Shown: piece after piece, positions 1 through 9,489 of the stretch
Layout: each line of letters starts with the position of its first letter
How positions within the stretch are numbered: position 1 is the first letter of the stretch
Assembly: GCF_051201565.1 (NCBI RefSeq)
Contig: NZ_CP179200.1
Span: forward strand, 330,001 to 362,000
Reading direction: 5' to 3'
DNA length: 32,000 nt
DNA from: Pseudothioglobus sp. nBUS_23
Lineage (GTDB): Bacteria; Pseudomonadota; Gammaproteobacteria; PS1; Pseudothioglobaceae
The notes under the pieces: model-generated
What the model saw: only the letters and a program-made list of their open reading frames with translations
Told to the model about the DNA's origin: nothing
Databases searched by the model: none
Translations under genes and position numbers: made by a program

Positions 1-251
1 GCACATGGCTCAAGTGTTACATACAAAGTAGAGTCAACTAGTCGATAATTTTCTTTTTCCTTGCCAGCTTTTCTGAGAAGCTGAATCTCTGCATGAGCAG
101 TTGGATCGTTATTTTTAATGGGTTGATTATGAGCTTGAGCAATTATTTTTTCATTTTGAACCAAGACAGATCCTACTGGAATTTCATTTTCTTTCATTGC
201 TAATTTAGCCTCATTAATAGCAACTTTCATCCATTTTTCATCATTATTCAT
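1..251 (-). CDS. tadA: tRNA-specific adenosine deaminase (TadA), N-terminal part; the gene runs off the left edge of the window
   Basis: My reverse-strand translation from the ATG at complement(249..251) gives MNNDEKWMKVAINEAKLAMKENEIPVGSVLVQNEKIIAQAHNQPIKNNDPTAHAEIQLLRKAGKEKENYRLVDSTLYVTLEPC. It contains the cytidine/deoxycytidylate deaminase zinc motif HAE and the start of PCxxC at the edge. This ORF is not in the supplied track because it is truncated. Confidence 0.8.
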   Translation of the reverse strand, partial: MNNDEKWMKVAINEAKLAMKENEIPVGSVLVQNEKIIAQAHNQPIKNNDPTAHAEIQLLRKAGKEKENYRLVDSTLYVTLEPC

Positions 252-273
252 AGAATTTTTATTGATCTAAAGA

Positions 274-894
274 TTAAAGCCAGCCACCTTGAGACGCAAG
301 TTTATAAGAAATCACAAACATAATAAATGCTATTATGAGATCGAGAGTTCTCCAATGTTTAGGTTGTTGCATTATAGGAGTAAGTATCTTGCTACCATAT
401 CCAAGAGAAAAAAACCATAAAAAACTTGCACTACAGGCACCGATTGCGAAATATATCCTGTTGATACCAAAAAATTGCTGAGATATTGAGCCAATTAAGA
501 TTACAGTATCAAGATAGACATGTGGGTTTAAAAAAGTAAAAATACTAATAATTGAAATTGAACTAAGAAGGTTAGGTGCTTCATAGCTTGGGACAGCTAA
601 AGATGAATTTGTCTTGAATGCTGAACTAAGTCTTATTACTCCATAAGCAAAAAGCCAAAGTGATGCTAAACCAAAAATTATTTTTGAATACTCATAAAAA
701 AAATTGTTCAAGAAATATGAAATACCTATAACCCCAAGAAAAATAAGAAAGCTATCAGCGAGTGAACAAAATAATGAAATATAAAAGATATGGTGTCTAA
801 GAATTCCTTGTCTTAAAACAAAAGCATTTTGAGCACCAATAGCAACTATTAATGTTAGTCCCAATATAAAGCCAGTAATTAGAGCATCAGTCAC
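274..894 (-). CDS. LysE/ArgO-family amino-acid (basic amino acid) exporter
   Basis: 206-aa polytopic membrane protein. The N-terminal block GFILGLTLIVAIGAQNAFVLRQG is typical of the LysE/ArgO family. It starts with GTG, preceded by GAGGA 7 nt upstream. Confidence 0.7.
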   Translation of the reverse strand: MTDALITGFILGLTLIVAIGAQNAFVLRQGILRHHIFYISLFCSLADSFLIFLGVIGISYFLNNFFYEYSKIIFGLASLWLFAYGVIRLSSAFKTNSSLAVPSYEAPNLLSSISIISIFTFLNPHVYLDTVILIGSISQQFFGINRIYFAIGACSASFLWFFSLGYGSKILTPIMQQPKHWRTLDLIIAFIMFVISYKLASQGGWL

Positions 895-1045
895 GAATTA
901 ATCCTCATGAGAAAACTAGTATATTTATTTAAATCTTGTTACAAATTTATCTTTTCATTTCTTTCTGTGGTGTTAATGTATTTTGAAATATATAAGCCCA
1001 AAATTGAAGATAAAAACATTTAGATATGCAGGTAATAAAAACCAT

Positions 1046-2998
1046 TCAATCTAAATGAAGGTTTCTTTGTTCTCTTAATTTATTCCCTAGGTATTTACTA
1101 GATATATTAGTGAGATGTCCCGTATTGTCTCTATGGATTCTAACCGAGTCAATAAATGCAGAACATTTGATGCCATCCTTACATATTAGTTCATTTAATG
1201 GGTAAATCGATAGCCCCATTTTTTTTAGTTCATTAATAAACAAGTTTTGCTTATTAGAAAGATTACTTAAATTGTCAATTTGAAAATCACAATCATAGGT
1301 TTTATAGCCATGAACTAATATTTTATTGACGCATGAAGAAGGATCATAAGGTGGAGTATATGGAGGTGGAAAAATCTTAACATTTATTTGACGACTGAAG
1401 GTTTTTAAATAATTATCAAGTTGTTCTTTAAAGTACCTAGCTGTTTTAATTATTTCATCATTTGACAAATTTTTTACATAATAGAATCGACTACTAATTA
1501 TGAGATTATTGATACTACCGTTATTGCGAATGTATTCTTGAGCTTTTTGATTGAATAATTGACACTCGACTATTGAATTAGCTCCCCTACTAGAGTCTGG
1601 CATTTCAAGTTGGCTAAGAAAAGGAGGGCAACTTGGTAAAGAAATTTGAGCAGTTGAGCCTTCTTCATTTAATTGGACAAATTCAATTGCATGTTGAGCA
1701 TAGCTATCACCCCAAACTATATTATTAGCTGACAGATTGCCATCATCATTAAAATCACGAAAGCCGCATTCAGGCGTTATATTAAAACCACCCTTACAAC
1801 TGATGTAGCCAATTGGTGCATTTCTTGGATCATTGTAATTATCATAACCATAATATTTATAGGGCTTTCCATCTTCTGTAATTTGATATAAAAAATAGTC
1901 TGAGTTATTTTGAATTGCTTTACCAATTATTATAGGAATCAGTAATGCAAGAATTGAATAAACAAAAATCTTATCCCTTGTTAAGAAGTTTTTATTCCTG
2001 AATGGCCTTTCAATAAATCTCCAGCTTAGAAATCCTAATAATAAAGAGGTAATGGAAAGTACAAGATATAAACTAATTGACGGGGGATCTAACAAGCGTA
2101 GTCTTGCAAATACAAATAGTGGCTGATGCCATAAATAAGTTGAGTAGCTAATCAAGCCAATGCCTACTAATAATTTTGTACTTAATACCTTGGCAACAAA
2201 TGTTTGCTTGTCAGCAAATAGAATTATCAGAACAACACCTAAAACTGGAGCAAGTGTGTAGATGCTTGGGAAAGGAGTGTTATTATCATACGCAAAGATA
2301 GAGAATAAAATTGCCGCAAGTCCAATTAATGACAATGTATTATTAGTTTGTACTCCTCGTTTTATTATAATAAATGCTGCAATAGAACCACTAATCAGCT
2401 CCCATGCTCTTGTTGGCGTGAGATAAAAATTAGCTATTCTTTCGTTTCTCCAGCCCCACTCACTAATACCTAGGCTCAATATTCCAACCATAACAAGCAT
2501 CCAAAATATACGCTTCTTACCAAATCGCCAAGTTAATAAAAGAAAGATTGGGAATAATAAATAGTACTGCTCTTCAATTCCCAAACTCCATGTATGCAAT
2601 AGAGGAATTTCTTCAGTATTTGGAGTAAAGTATCCATCACCACCTGTTCGCCAAAAAAAGATGTTGGATGCGAATAGACTAACATATATAAGACTTTTTG
2701 CAAAAACGTCTGTCTGGTATGGCAGCATCCAATTCCAGGCAAATGGAATACAGATAAGCATCATAAAGGTCAGTGCTGGTAATATCCGTCTTGCTCGACG
2801 TTCATAAAAGTTTAATATGCTAAAACGGTTATTTTCAAGATCATTAATTAGAATAGTAGTAATTAAATAGCCACTAATGACAAAGAAAACATCTACTCCA
2901 ACATAACCACCACTGAAGAGAGAAAATCCTGCATGAAATAAAAGAACTGGAAGAACAGCAAGTGCCCTTAGACCATCAATTTCAGGACGATATTTCAT
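1046..2998 (-). CDS. Acyltransferase-3 (AT3) membrane domain fused to a C-terminal SGNH domain; OafA/OatA-like O-acetyltransferase
   Basis: 650 aa. The N-terminus MKYRPEIDGLRALAVLPVLLFHAG...VGVDVFFVISGYLIT is the canonical AT3 signature, followed by about 10 TM helices. The C-terminal soluble part has the GDS block (IVWGDSYAQH) and a late D/H block (RDNTGHLT). Confidence 0.8.
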   Translation of the reverse strand: MKYRPEIDGLRALAVLPVLLFHAGFSLFSGGYVGVDVFFVISGYLITTILINDLENNRFSILNFYERRARRILPALTFMMLICIPFAWNWMLPYQTDVFAKSLIYVSLFASNIFFWRTGGDGYFTPNTEEIPLLHTWSLGIEEQYYLLFPIFLLLTWRFGKKRIFWMLVMVGILSLGISEWGWRNERIANFYLTPTRAWELISGSIAAFIIIKRGVQTNNTLSLIGLAAILFSIFAYDNNTPFPSIYTLAPVLGVVLIILFADKQTFVAKVLSTKLLVGIGLISYSTYLWHQPLFVFARLRLLDPPSISLYLVLSITSLLLGFLSWRFIERPFRNKNFLTRDKIFVYSILALLIPIIIGKAIQNNSDYFLYQITEDGKPYKYYGYDNYNDPRNAPIGYISCKGGFNITPECGFRDFNDDGNLSANNIVWGDSYAQHAIEFVQLNEEGSTAQISLPSCPPFLSQLEMPDSSRGANSIVECQLFNQKAQEYIRNNGSINNLIISSRFYYVKNLSNDEIIKTARYFKEQLDNYLKTFSRQINVKIFPPPYTPPYDPSSCVNKILVHGYKTYDCDFQIDNLSNLSNKQNLFINELKKMGLSIYPLNELICKDGIKCSAFIDSVRIHRDNTGHLTNISSKYLGNKLREQRNLHLD

Positions 2999-3032
2999 TC
3001 ACTTGAAATTTTAAAAACACAAAACGATATTA

Positions 3033-4607
3033 TTATTCCCATTCGATAGTGGAGGGTGGCTTTCCAGAAATATCATACACTACCCTTGAAACTCTGTTGA
3101 TTTCGTTCATGATGCGATTTGAGACATAATCTAGAAAGTTATATGGAAGTCTTGCCCACCTTGCAGTCATGAAATCTATAGTCTCTACAGCTCTCAAAGC
3201 GATTACATAATCATATCTTCTTTCATCGCCAGTAACTCCAACTGATTTCACAGGTAGAAAAACAGCAAAAGCCTGATCTACATTGTCATATAAATTAAAG
3301 TTATGGAGTTCATCCATAAAAATACTATCAGCCAATCTTAAAATATCTGCAAATTCTTTTTTGACTGGGCCTAGAATTCTTACACCTAAACCAGGGCCAG
3401 GGAAAGGATGACGAAACAACATTTTTTTTGGAAGCCCAATTTTTACTCCAATTTCTCTTACTTCATCTTTAAAAAGTTCTTTGAGAGGCTCTACCAAATC
3501 AAATCTCATATTTTCTGGAAGACCACCTACATTGTGATGAGATTTGATTACTTTTGCTTTACCCGATGCAGCCCCTGCAGATTCAATAACATCAGGATAT
3601 ATAGTTCCTTGAGCAAGAAACTTAATATCTTTTAGCTTGGTTGCCTCTTGATCGAAAATTTCTATAAATGCATTGCCAATAATTTTTCTTTTCAGTTCTG
3701 GATCACTCTCATTTGAGAGTTTTTTGAAAAAATATTGTTGAGCATTTGACCTAATAACCTTAACTCCAAGATTCTTACTAAAGGTTTTCATTACTTCGTT
3801 ACCCTCATTAAGTCTTAGTAGGCCATTATCTACAAACACGCAAGTCAATTGATTACCAATTGCTTTTTGAAGAAGAACTGCAACTACTGAAGAATCAACA
3901 CCCCCAGAAAGACCTAAGAGAACATTTTGTTTCCCAACCTGTAGCTTTATTTTTTGTATCAAATCCTCAATAATATTTTCAGTAGTCCAAGCAAGTTCAC
4001 AATTGCAAATCCCTGTAATAAATCTTTCTAGAATTTTTACTCCTTGTTTAGTATGAGTTACTTCTGGGTGAAACTGCAGGCCATAATAATGTTTATCCTT
4101 ATTCGCAAATCCTGCAATAGGGCAATTATCTGTTGATGCAATCAATTCAAAACCTGGTGGCAATTTTGTTACCTCAATACCATGGCTCATCCAAACATCT
4201 AATATTTCATGTCCGTTAGGGTTTATTTCATCACAAATTTTATTCAATAGTCCTGAGTGATTTCTAGCACGAATTTGAGCAAAACCAAATTCAGATTTAT
4301 TGGCGATATTGGCTTCTCCACCAAGCTGAACCGCCATAGTTTGCATCCCATAACAAATTCCTAAGATGGGAACACCAAGTTCAAATACAATTTGTGGCGC
4401 TTTAGCAGAGGCCACTTCACTTACCGTATCAGGACCCCCGGAGAGAATAATTCCACTAGGATTAAAATTTTTAATAAAATGGACGTTTACATCATATGGA
4501 ACCAGTTCACAATAAACACCAATCTCTCGAACCCTTCTTGCTATAAGCTGAGTATATTGAGAGCCAAAATCTAGAATCAAAATCTTATGATGATGAATAT
4601 TAGGCAT
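3033..4607 (-). CDS. guaA: GMP synthase (glutamine-hydrolysing)
   Basis: 524 aa. It has the class-I amidotransferase Cys block (GICYGMQ), the PP-loop SGGVDSS and the conserved C-terminal ...KPPSTIEWE. Confidence 0.95.
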   Translation of the reverse strand: MPNIHHHKILILDFGSQYTQLIARRVREIGVYCELVPYDVNVHFIKNFNPSGIILSGGPDTVSEVASAKAPQIVFELGVPILGICYGMQTMAVQLGGEANIANKSEFGFAQIRARNHSGLLNKICDEINPNGHEILDVWMSHGIEVTKLPPGFELIASTDNCPIAGFANKDKHYYGLQFHPEVTHTKQGVKILERFITGICNCELAWTTENIIEDLIQKIKLQVGKQNVLLGLSGGVDSSVVAVLLQKAIGNQLTCVFVDNGLLRLNEGNEVMKTFSKNLGVKVIRSNAQQYFFKKLSNESDPELKRKIIGNAFIEIFDQEATKLKDIKFLAQGTIYPDVIESAGAASGKAKVIKSHHNVGGLPENMRFDLVEPLKELFKDEVREIGVKIGLPKKMLFRHPFPGPGLGVRILGPVKKEFADILRLADSIFMDELHNFNLYDNVDQAFAVFLPVKSVGVTGDERRYDYVIALRAVETIDFMTARWARLPYNFLDYVSNRIMNEINRVSRVVYDISGKPPSTIEWE

Positions 4608-4653
4608 ATAGAAAAATATGTTTTGAAATGAATAATTACAATGTGGTATTTTA

Positions 4654-5736
4654 ATGAAAATCAGAGACCGTTATATCGCTAAAACACTATTAATGTATTC
4701 ACTAGTCGTTATGCTTGTTTGGCTAAGCATTTATAGTTTTTTTAATTTCCTATCTGAATTAAATTCAGTCGGAACTTCAAACTATACTATTATTGAGGCT
4801 ATTAAATTTATTGTTTTACGTATTCCAGAGGTTGCTTATGATCAAGCTTCAGCTGTAATTTTGCTTGGGTGTCTTCTAGGGATGGGGCACCTTGCTTCTA
4901 CAGGGCAACTTCTTATTTTTAGAGTATCAGGTTTATCGGTATTAAGAACTGTTTGGATTACAGTAAAAAATGCACTCGTCTTAATATTTTTATTGATATT
5001 TATTGGTGAAGTCTTAGCGCCAGTCTTGACGAAATACGCCGAAAGTGAGAGAGCGAATGCTTTGGGCCAAGCTAGTTTATCGAATAATCAAGATGGTTTT
5101 TGGATTAGAGATGGTGATAATTTTATTAATGTTGAAAATAATGTTGATGGACGCTTATTTAGTGGAATTACTATTTTCGGGATTAATAAATCAAATAAGA
5201 TTGAAAGTATTTTTAATTCAGAAAGCGCAAATTTTGATGGTAAGTCACTAAGCCTCAATGAAACTGATATTTATTTAATAAGTGAAAAAAATAAATTTGA
5301 AAAAATTGATTTAAAAGAACGTAATATTTACAGCAAGAGTGTGGCTTTTGATCAGGACTTAATCTCCAGTCTTGAAAAAGAACCAAAAGATCTTTCTACA
5401 TACACAATTATCAAGCAGATTCGGTTTTTAACTGACAATAAATTGAGAGCTGGAGTCTTTGAGGTGGAGTTATATCAAAGACTTGTTAAGCCAATATCAC
5501 TTATTGCAATGATTTTATTAGCTATGCTCTTTATTTTTGGCTCTAATAGAGATGCAACCTTAGGGAGAAAAATATTTTTTGGAGTAGCTATTGGATTATC
5601 ATTCGAATTAATTTCACGAATCGGAGGTGCAATGTCTTTAAGCTTTGAATTTAACCCATTGCTTAGTTCTTTTGCCCTCCCTCTATTAGTAATAATTATT
5701 GCAACTTCAGTGTTAATTAAAAAATCTACAAATTAA
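4654..5736 (+). CDS. lptG: LPS export ABC transporter permease, LptG-like (YjgP/YjgQ family)
   Basis: 360 aa, 6-TM YjgP/YjgQ architecture with a periplasmic beta-jellyroll insert. [13 protein letters not shown] and [17 protein letters not shown] align with remembered E. coli LptG blocks (LWAKDGNNFVYIE; VAVMMLMALSFIFGPLR). No lptF lies next to it. Confidence 0.7.
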   Translation: MKIRDRYIAKTLLMYSLVVMLVWLSIYSFFNFLSELNSVGTSNYTIIEAIKFIVLRIPEVAYDQASAVILLGCLLGMGHLASTGQLLIFRVSGLSVLRTVWITVKNALVLIFLLIFIGEVLAPVLTKYAESERANALGQASLSNNQDGFWIRDGDNFINVENNVDGRLFSGITIFGINKSNKIESIFNSESANFDGKSLSLNETDIYLISEKNKFEKIDLKERNIYSKSVAFDQDLISSLEKEPKDLSTYTIIKQIRFLTDNKLRAGVFEVELYQRLVKPISLIAMILLAMLFIFGSNRDATLGRKIFFGVAIGLSFELISRIGGAMSLSFEFNPLLSSFALPLLVIIIATSVLIKKSTN

Positions 5737-5740
5737 ATAG

Positions 5741-6046
5741 ATGTCGATGTCTCAAGTTGAATCAAAAACTGCCAAACAAAAACTCAAATTACCTAATAAA
5801 TTTGAAGTTCTTTTGTTAAATGATGACTATACTTCTATGGATTTTGTTGTTGATGTCTTGAGGAGGTTTTTTCATAAAGAGTTCTTGGCAGCTGAAGCAA
5901 TTATGCTTAAAATCCACATTGACGGCGAAGCAGTTTGTGGCACATATTCATATGATGTAGCTCAAACAAAAGTTTCACAGGTAATAGAATATTCACGCAA
6001 AAATGACCAACCATTAATGTCAGTGTTGAGAGAAATTAGTTCATAA
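5741..6046 (+). CDS. clpS: ATP-dependent Clp protease adaptor ClpS
   Basis: 101 aa. The core LLNDDYTSMDFVVDVLRRFF...GEAVCGTYSYDVAQTKV matches the ClpS family (E. coli VNDDYTPMEFVIDVLQKFF...GKAICGVFTAEVAETKV). Confidence 0.9.
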   Translation: MSMSQVESKTAKQKLKLPNKFEVLLLNDDYTSMDFVVDVLRRFFHKEFLAAEAIMLKIHIDGEAVCGTYSYDVAQTKVSQVIEYSRKNDQPLMSVLREISS

Positions 6047-6063
6047 TAAATTAGGAGTTATGT

Positions 6064-7167
6064 ATGTCGATTAAATCATTAAAACCCCAAAATGATGGAT
6101 TGAACATAATTTGGAATGATGGCTCTAATGAGATTTTTCCATGGCTATGGATAAGAGATCATAGCGAGAGTGAAAAAGATCTTCACCCGGATTCAAAGCA
6201 GAGACAAATTGACGTGTTTAGTGAGACACCACAAAATTCTGTAATCGAAACAGTTATTGATCAAAAATCAAAAAAAGTTGTTGTTAGATGGACAGATTTA
6301 ACAGAAAGCTCAGTCTCATTTAATCTTCTTGAATCGATGGCAAAAACCAGCAATCCTAATGCCGAAGATCTGAATAATGAAACGTTTTGGAATTGTCCTA
6401 GTGAAATTAAAACCTTTCCAAACATGACTTATGATGACTTTATGAGCGATAAAGGTTTGAAAAAATGGCTCATGTATATTCAAGAAAATGGTTTTGTTTT
6501 AGTCTCTGAAGCTCCAGCTACTTCTCAGGCTACAAAAGATTTAATGGAGCGAATGGCTTATGTAAGAAACTCTATTTTTGGTGGTTTTTCGGTCTGGGAT
6601 AATAAACTTGATAATCCTGATGATACAGCCTTTACATCACTAGCAATTGAGCCACATACTGATGGGACTTATGTGCATGATGCTCCTGGCCTTCAAACTC
6701 TTCATTGTTTAAAGAAGGATTCAGTTGGTGGAGAAAATCAGCTGATAGATGGCCTTGCTATTGCTGAAAAAATGAGAAAAGAATATCCAGAGTCATTTAA
6801 GATTTTATCTAGCATTAATATTCCTGGAAGATATATCAAAACAGATACATATCTAGAAGCAAAGCGCCCCTTATTTAGACTAAATGATCAAGGGAAAGTA
6901 ATTCAGGTGAGTTTTAATAATCATGATAGAGCGCCTTTTAGGCTTGATAATGATTCAATGGGTCAATTTTATGAAGCTTATAAGCTTTTTCATAATTTGG
7001 CGAATGACAAAAGTCGACAATTTGAATTTATGCTCGAGCCAGGGACGATTTTGACATTTGATAATTGGAGAGTACTTCATGCAAGAGCATCCTTAACAGG
7101 CTATCGTCAACTTTGTGGTGGATATCATAACCGTGAAGACTTTGAGAGCAGATTGAGACTAATTTAA
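6064..7167 (+). CDS. Fe(II)/2-oxoglutarate dioxygenase of the gamma-butyrobetaine hydroxylase / trimethyllysine hydroxylase (BBOX/TMLH, TauD-superfamily) type, with an N-terminal DUF971-like domain
   Basis: 367 aa. The HxD...H facial triad is present (EPHTDGT; DNWRVLHAR). Long collinear similarity to remembered human BBOX1 includes LHCLKK..GGENQLIDG, FKILSS, VSFNNHDR, LEPGTILTFDNWRVLHAR and ESRLRLI. A strong AGGAG lies 6 nt upstream of the ATG. Confidence 0.75.
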   Translation: MSIKSLKPQNDGLNIIWNDGSNEIFPWLWIRDHSESEKDLHPDSKQRQIDVFSETPQNSVIETVIDQKSKKVVVRWTDLTESSVSFNLLESMAKTSNPNAEDLNNETFWNCPSEIKTFPNMTYDDFMSDKGLKKWLMYIQENGFVLVSEAPATSQATKDLMERMAYVRNSIFGGFSVWDNKLDNPDDTAFTSLAIEPHTDGTYVHDAPGLQTLHCLKKDSVGGENQLIDGLAIAEKMRKEYPESFKILSSINIPGRYIKTDTYLEAKRPLFRLNDQGKVIQVSFNNHDRAPFRLDNDSMGQFYEAYKLFHNLANDKSRQFEFMLEPGTILTFDNWRVLHARASLTGYRQLCGGYHNREDFESRLRLI

Positions 7168-7269
7168 GACCTTATATCTCCACATAAATTCCATTTTTTT
7201 TTGATTAAATGCTTATTTAGTAATGTTAAAATTGAGTTAAAGAAAAAATGATTACAGAAAACAAATTTT

Positions 7270-9489
7270 ATGATTGAGCAAGGATTACAACAAGAAATTA
7301 ATATGGTAATGACAGAGGCAAGAAATCGTCGCCTTGAGTTTGTTACTGTCGAGCACTTATTATTAGCGTTACTGAATATGGATGAGGTTATAGCTTTCTT
7401 AAGAGGTAAGAGGGTTAATATTGATGAACTCAGAGCAGAGCTTGAGCAATATATCGATTCACATACACCAATAATTTCAGAAGATGCAGAGATAGATATT
7501 GTTCCAACCGTTGGATTCCAAAGAGTTCTTCAGAGAAGTGTTTATCAAGCTCAGTCCGCACAAAAAAATTCAGTAAATGCTATGAATGTTTTTGTCAGTA
7601 TTTTTTCTGAGAAAGAATCCCATGCTGTTTATATGTTGAAACTTAATAATATCTCTAGGCTAGACGTTATGGAAGGTATCTCATCTCAGTTGGCGGATTC
7701 ACCAGATGAGGAGACTAAAAAAGTTGATGGTGAAAAATCAACTAAACCATCTTCGCTTGCCTCTTTTACAAGTAATCTTTGTGAAAAAGCAAGGCTGGGA
7801 GAGATTGATCCTTTACTTGGTCGAGAGGAAGAGGTTCTTCGAACAGTTCAAGTTTTATCAAGACGCCGAAAAAATAATCCATTATTTGTTGGTCAGGCAG
7901 GCGTTGGAAAAACTGCAATTGCTCAAGGGCTAGCAAAAAGAATAGTTGATGGTCAAGTTCCAGATGTTTTGAAAAAAACCACGATTTATTCATTAGATGT
8001 TGGTGTATTAATTGCAGGAACGAAATACAGAGGTGATTTTGAAAAACGACTTAAGTCTGTTCTAACAGATCTTGAAAAAGATAAACATGCTGTTCTTTTT
8101 ATAGATGAAATACACACATTAATTGGTGCTGGAAGTGTTTCAGGTGGTTCGCTAGACGCATCAAATCTTTTAAAGCCAGCCTTGGCTGACGGGACACTTA
8201 AATGTATTGGATCTACAACTTATGATGAGTTTAGAAAAGTTTTTGAAAAAGATCATGCTTTAACAAGGCGATTCCAAAAAATTGATATTGAAGAGCCTTC
8301 CGTTGAAGATACAATCAAAATTTTACATGGGCTAAAGAAATATTATCAATCACATCACAAGGTTAAATTCTCGTCTGCAGCCTTAGCTTCAGCTGCTGAA
8401 TTAACTCATCGTCATATGGGTGATAGGCGATTACCCGATAAGGCAATAGATGTTATGGATGAAGTTGGAGCACTTCAACAAATAATGCCTAAATCAAAAC
8501 GCAAAATTAATATCGGTGTTTCGGATATTGAGAATATTGTTGCTAAACTTGCAAGAATTCCTTCTAGACAGGTTAGTAGTGATGATAAATCTCAGCTTAA
8601 AAATCTCGAAAATGATCTAAAGCTTGGTGTATTTGGCCAAGATAGTGCAGTTGATTCATTATCAACAGCCATAAAGTTGTCTAGATCTGGTCTATCCCCA
8701 GTGGAGCAACCAATGGGCTCATTTCTCTTTGCTGGACCAACTGGTGTCGGAAAAACTGAGATTTGCAAGCAGCTCTCAAGAATTATGGGTGTAAAGTTAT
8801 TGCGCTTTGATATGTCAGAGTATATGGAAAGGCATTCAATTTCAAAGCTAATTGGCTCTCCTCCAGGATATGTTGGCTATGATGAAGGTGGACTCTTAAC
8901 TGAGGCAGTTAATAGTAATCCTTATGCTGTTCTATTGCTCGATGAAATTGAAAAAGCACACCCTGATATCTTTAACCTACTTCTTCAAGTTATGGATCAC
9001 GGTGTTTTGACTGATGCAAACGGTAGGGAAGTTGATTTTCGAAATGTCATACTTGTTATGACATCAAATGTTGGTGCTCAAAGCGTTCAGAGGGCATCAA
9101 TAGGTTTCAATGAGCAAGACCATTCTCTGGATTATGAGGGCGAACTTAAAAAAACCTTTACCCCTGAATTTAGAAATAGACTTTCAGAAATTATCTACTT
9201 TAATTCATTGAGTGAAGAGGTCGTAGTTTATGTTGTAAACAAATTTATTTTTGAGCTTGAAGATGTTCTTGAGCAAAAAAATGTCTCGCTAATTGTTTCA
9301 GATAATGCCAGAAAATGGTTTGCTGAAAATGGTTACGATTCAAATATGGGTGCAAGACCAATGTTTAGACTCATTGAAAAAGAAATTCGCAAACCTCTTG
9401 CTGATGAGCTTCTTTTTGGAAGGTTAAGTAATGGTGGAACTGTCAAAGTCGGCATAAAAAAAGATAAAGTTACTCTAAATATCTCTTAA
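7270..9489 (+). CDS. clpA: ATP-dependent Clp protease ATP-binding subunit ClpA
   Basis: 739 aa with two AAA+ modules. Walker A motifs are GQAGVGKT and GPTGVGKT; Walker B motifs are LFIDEIH and LLLDEIEKAH. The N-terminal domain FVTVEHLLLALL matches E. coli ClpA. Confidence 0.95.
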   Translation: MIEQGLQQEINMVMTEARNRRLEFVTVEHLLLALLNMDEVIAFLRGKRVNIDELRAELEQYIDSHTPIISEDAEIDIVPTVGFQRVLQRSVYQAQSAQKNSVNAMNVFVSIFSEKESHAVYMLKLNNISRLDVMEGISSQLADSPDEETKKVDGEKSTKPSSLASFTSNLCEKARLGEIDPLLGREEEVLRTVQVLSRRRKNNPLFVGQAGVGKTAIAQGLAKRIVDGQVPDVLKKTTIYSLDVGVLIAGTKYRGDFEKRLKSVLTDLEKDKHAVLFIDEIHTLIGAGSVSGGSLDASNLLKPALADGTLKCIGSTTYDEFRKVFEKDHALTRRFQKIDIEEPSVEDTIKILHGLKKYYQSHHKVKFSSAALASAAELTHRHMGDRRLPDKAIDVMDEVGALQQIMPKSKRKINIGVSDIENIVAKLARIPSRQVSSDDKSQLKNLENDLKLGVFGQDSAVDSLSTAIKLSRSGLSPVEQPMGSFLFAGPTGVGKTEICKQLSRIMGVKLLRFDMSEYMERHSISKLIGSPPGYVGYDEGGLLTEAVNSNPYAVLLLDEIEKAHPDIFNLLLQVMDHGVLTDANGREVDFRNVILVMTSNVGAQSVQRASIGFNEQDHSLDYEGELKKTFTPEFRNRLSEIIYFNSLSEEVVVYVVNKFIFELEDVLEQKNVSLIVSDNARKWFAENGYDSNMGARPMFRLIEKEIRKPLADELLFGRLSNGGTVKVGIKKDKVTLNIS

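Noticed and set aside
7168-7269. The T9 run (about 7194-7202) after the dioxygenase gene, as a possible intrinsic terminator.
   Set aside because: No GC-rich inverted repeat precedes the T-run. I could not form a stem from the flanking sequence, so it is just a T-tract.
7248-7277. A 9-codon upstream ORF (MITENKFYD) overlapping the clpA start codon out of frame, as a possible leader peptide.
   Set aside because: It has no SD and no associated RNA structure that I could find, and such mini-ORFs are frequent by chance in AT-rich leaders. Nothing supports a regulatory role.
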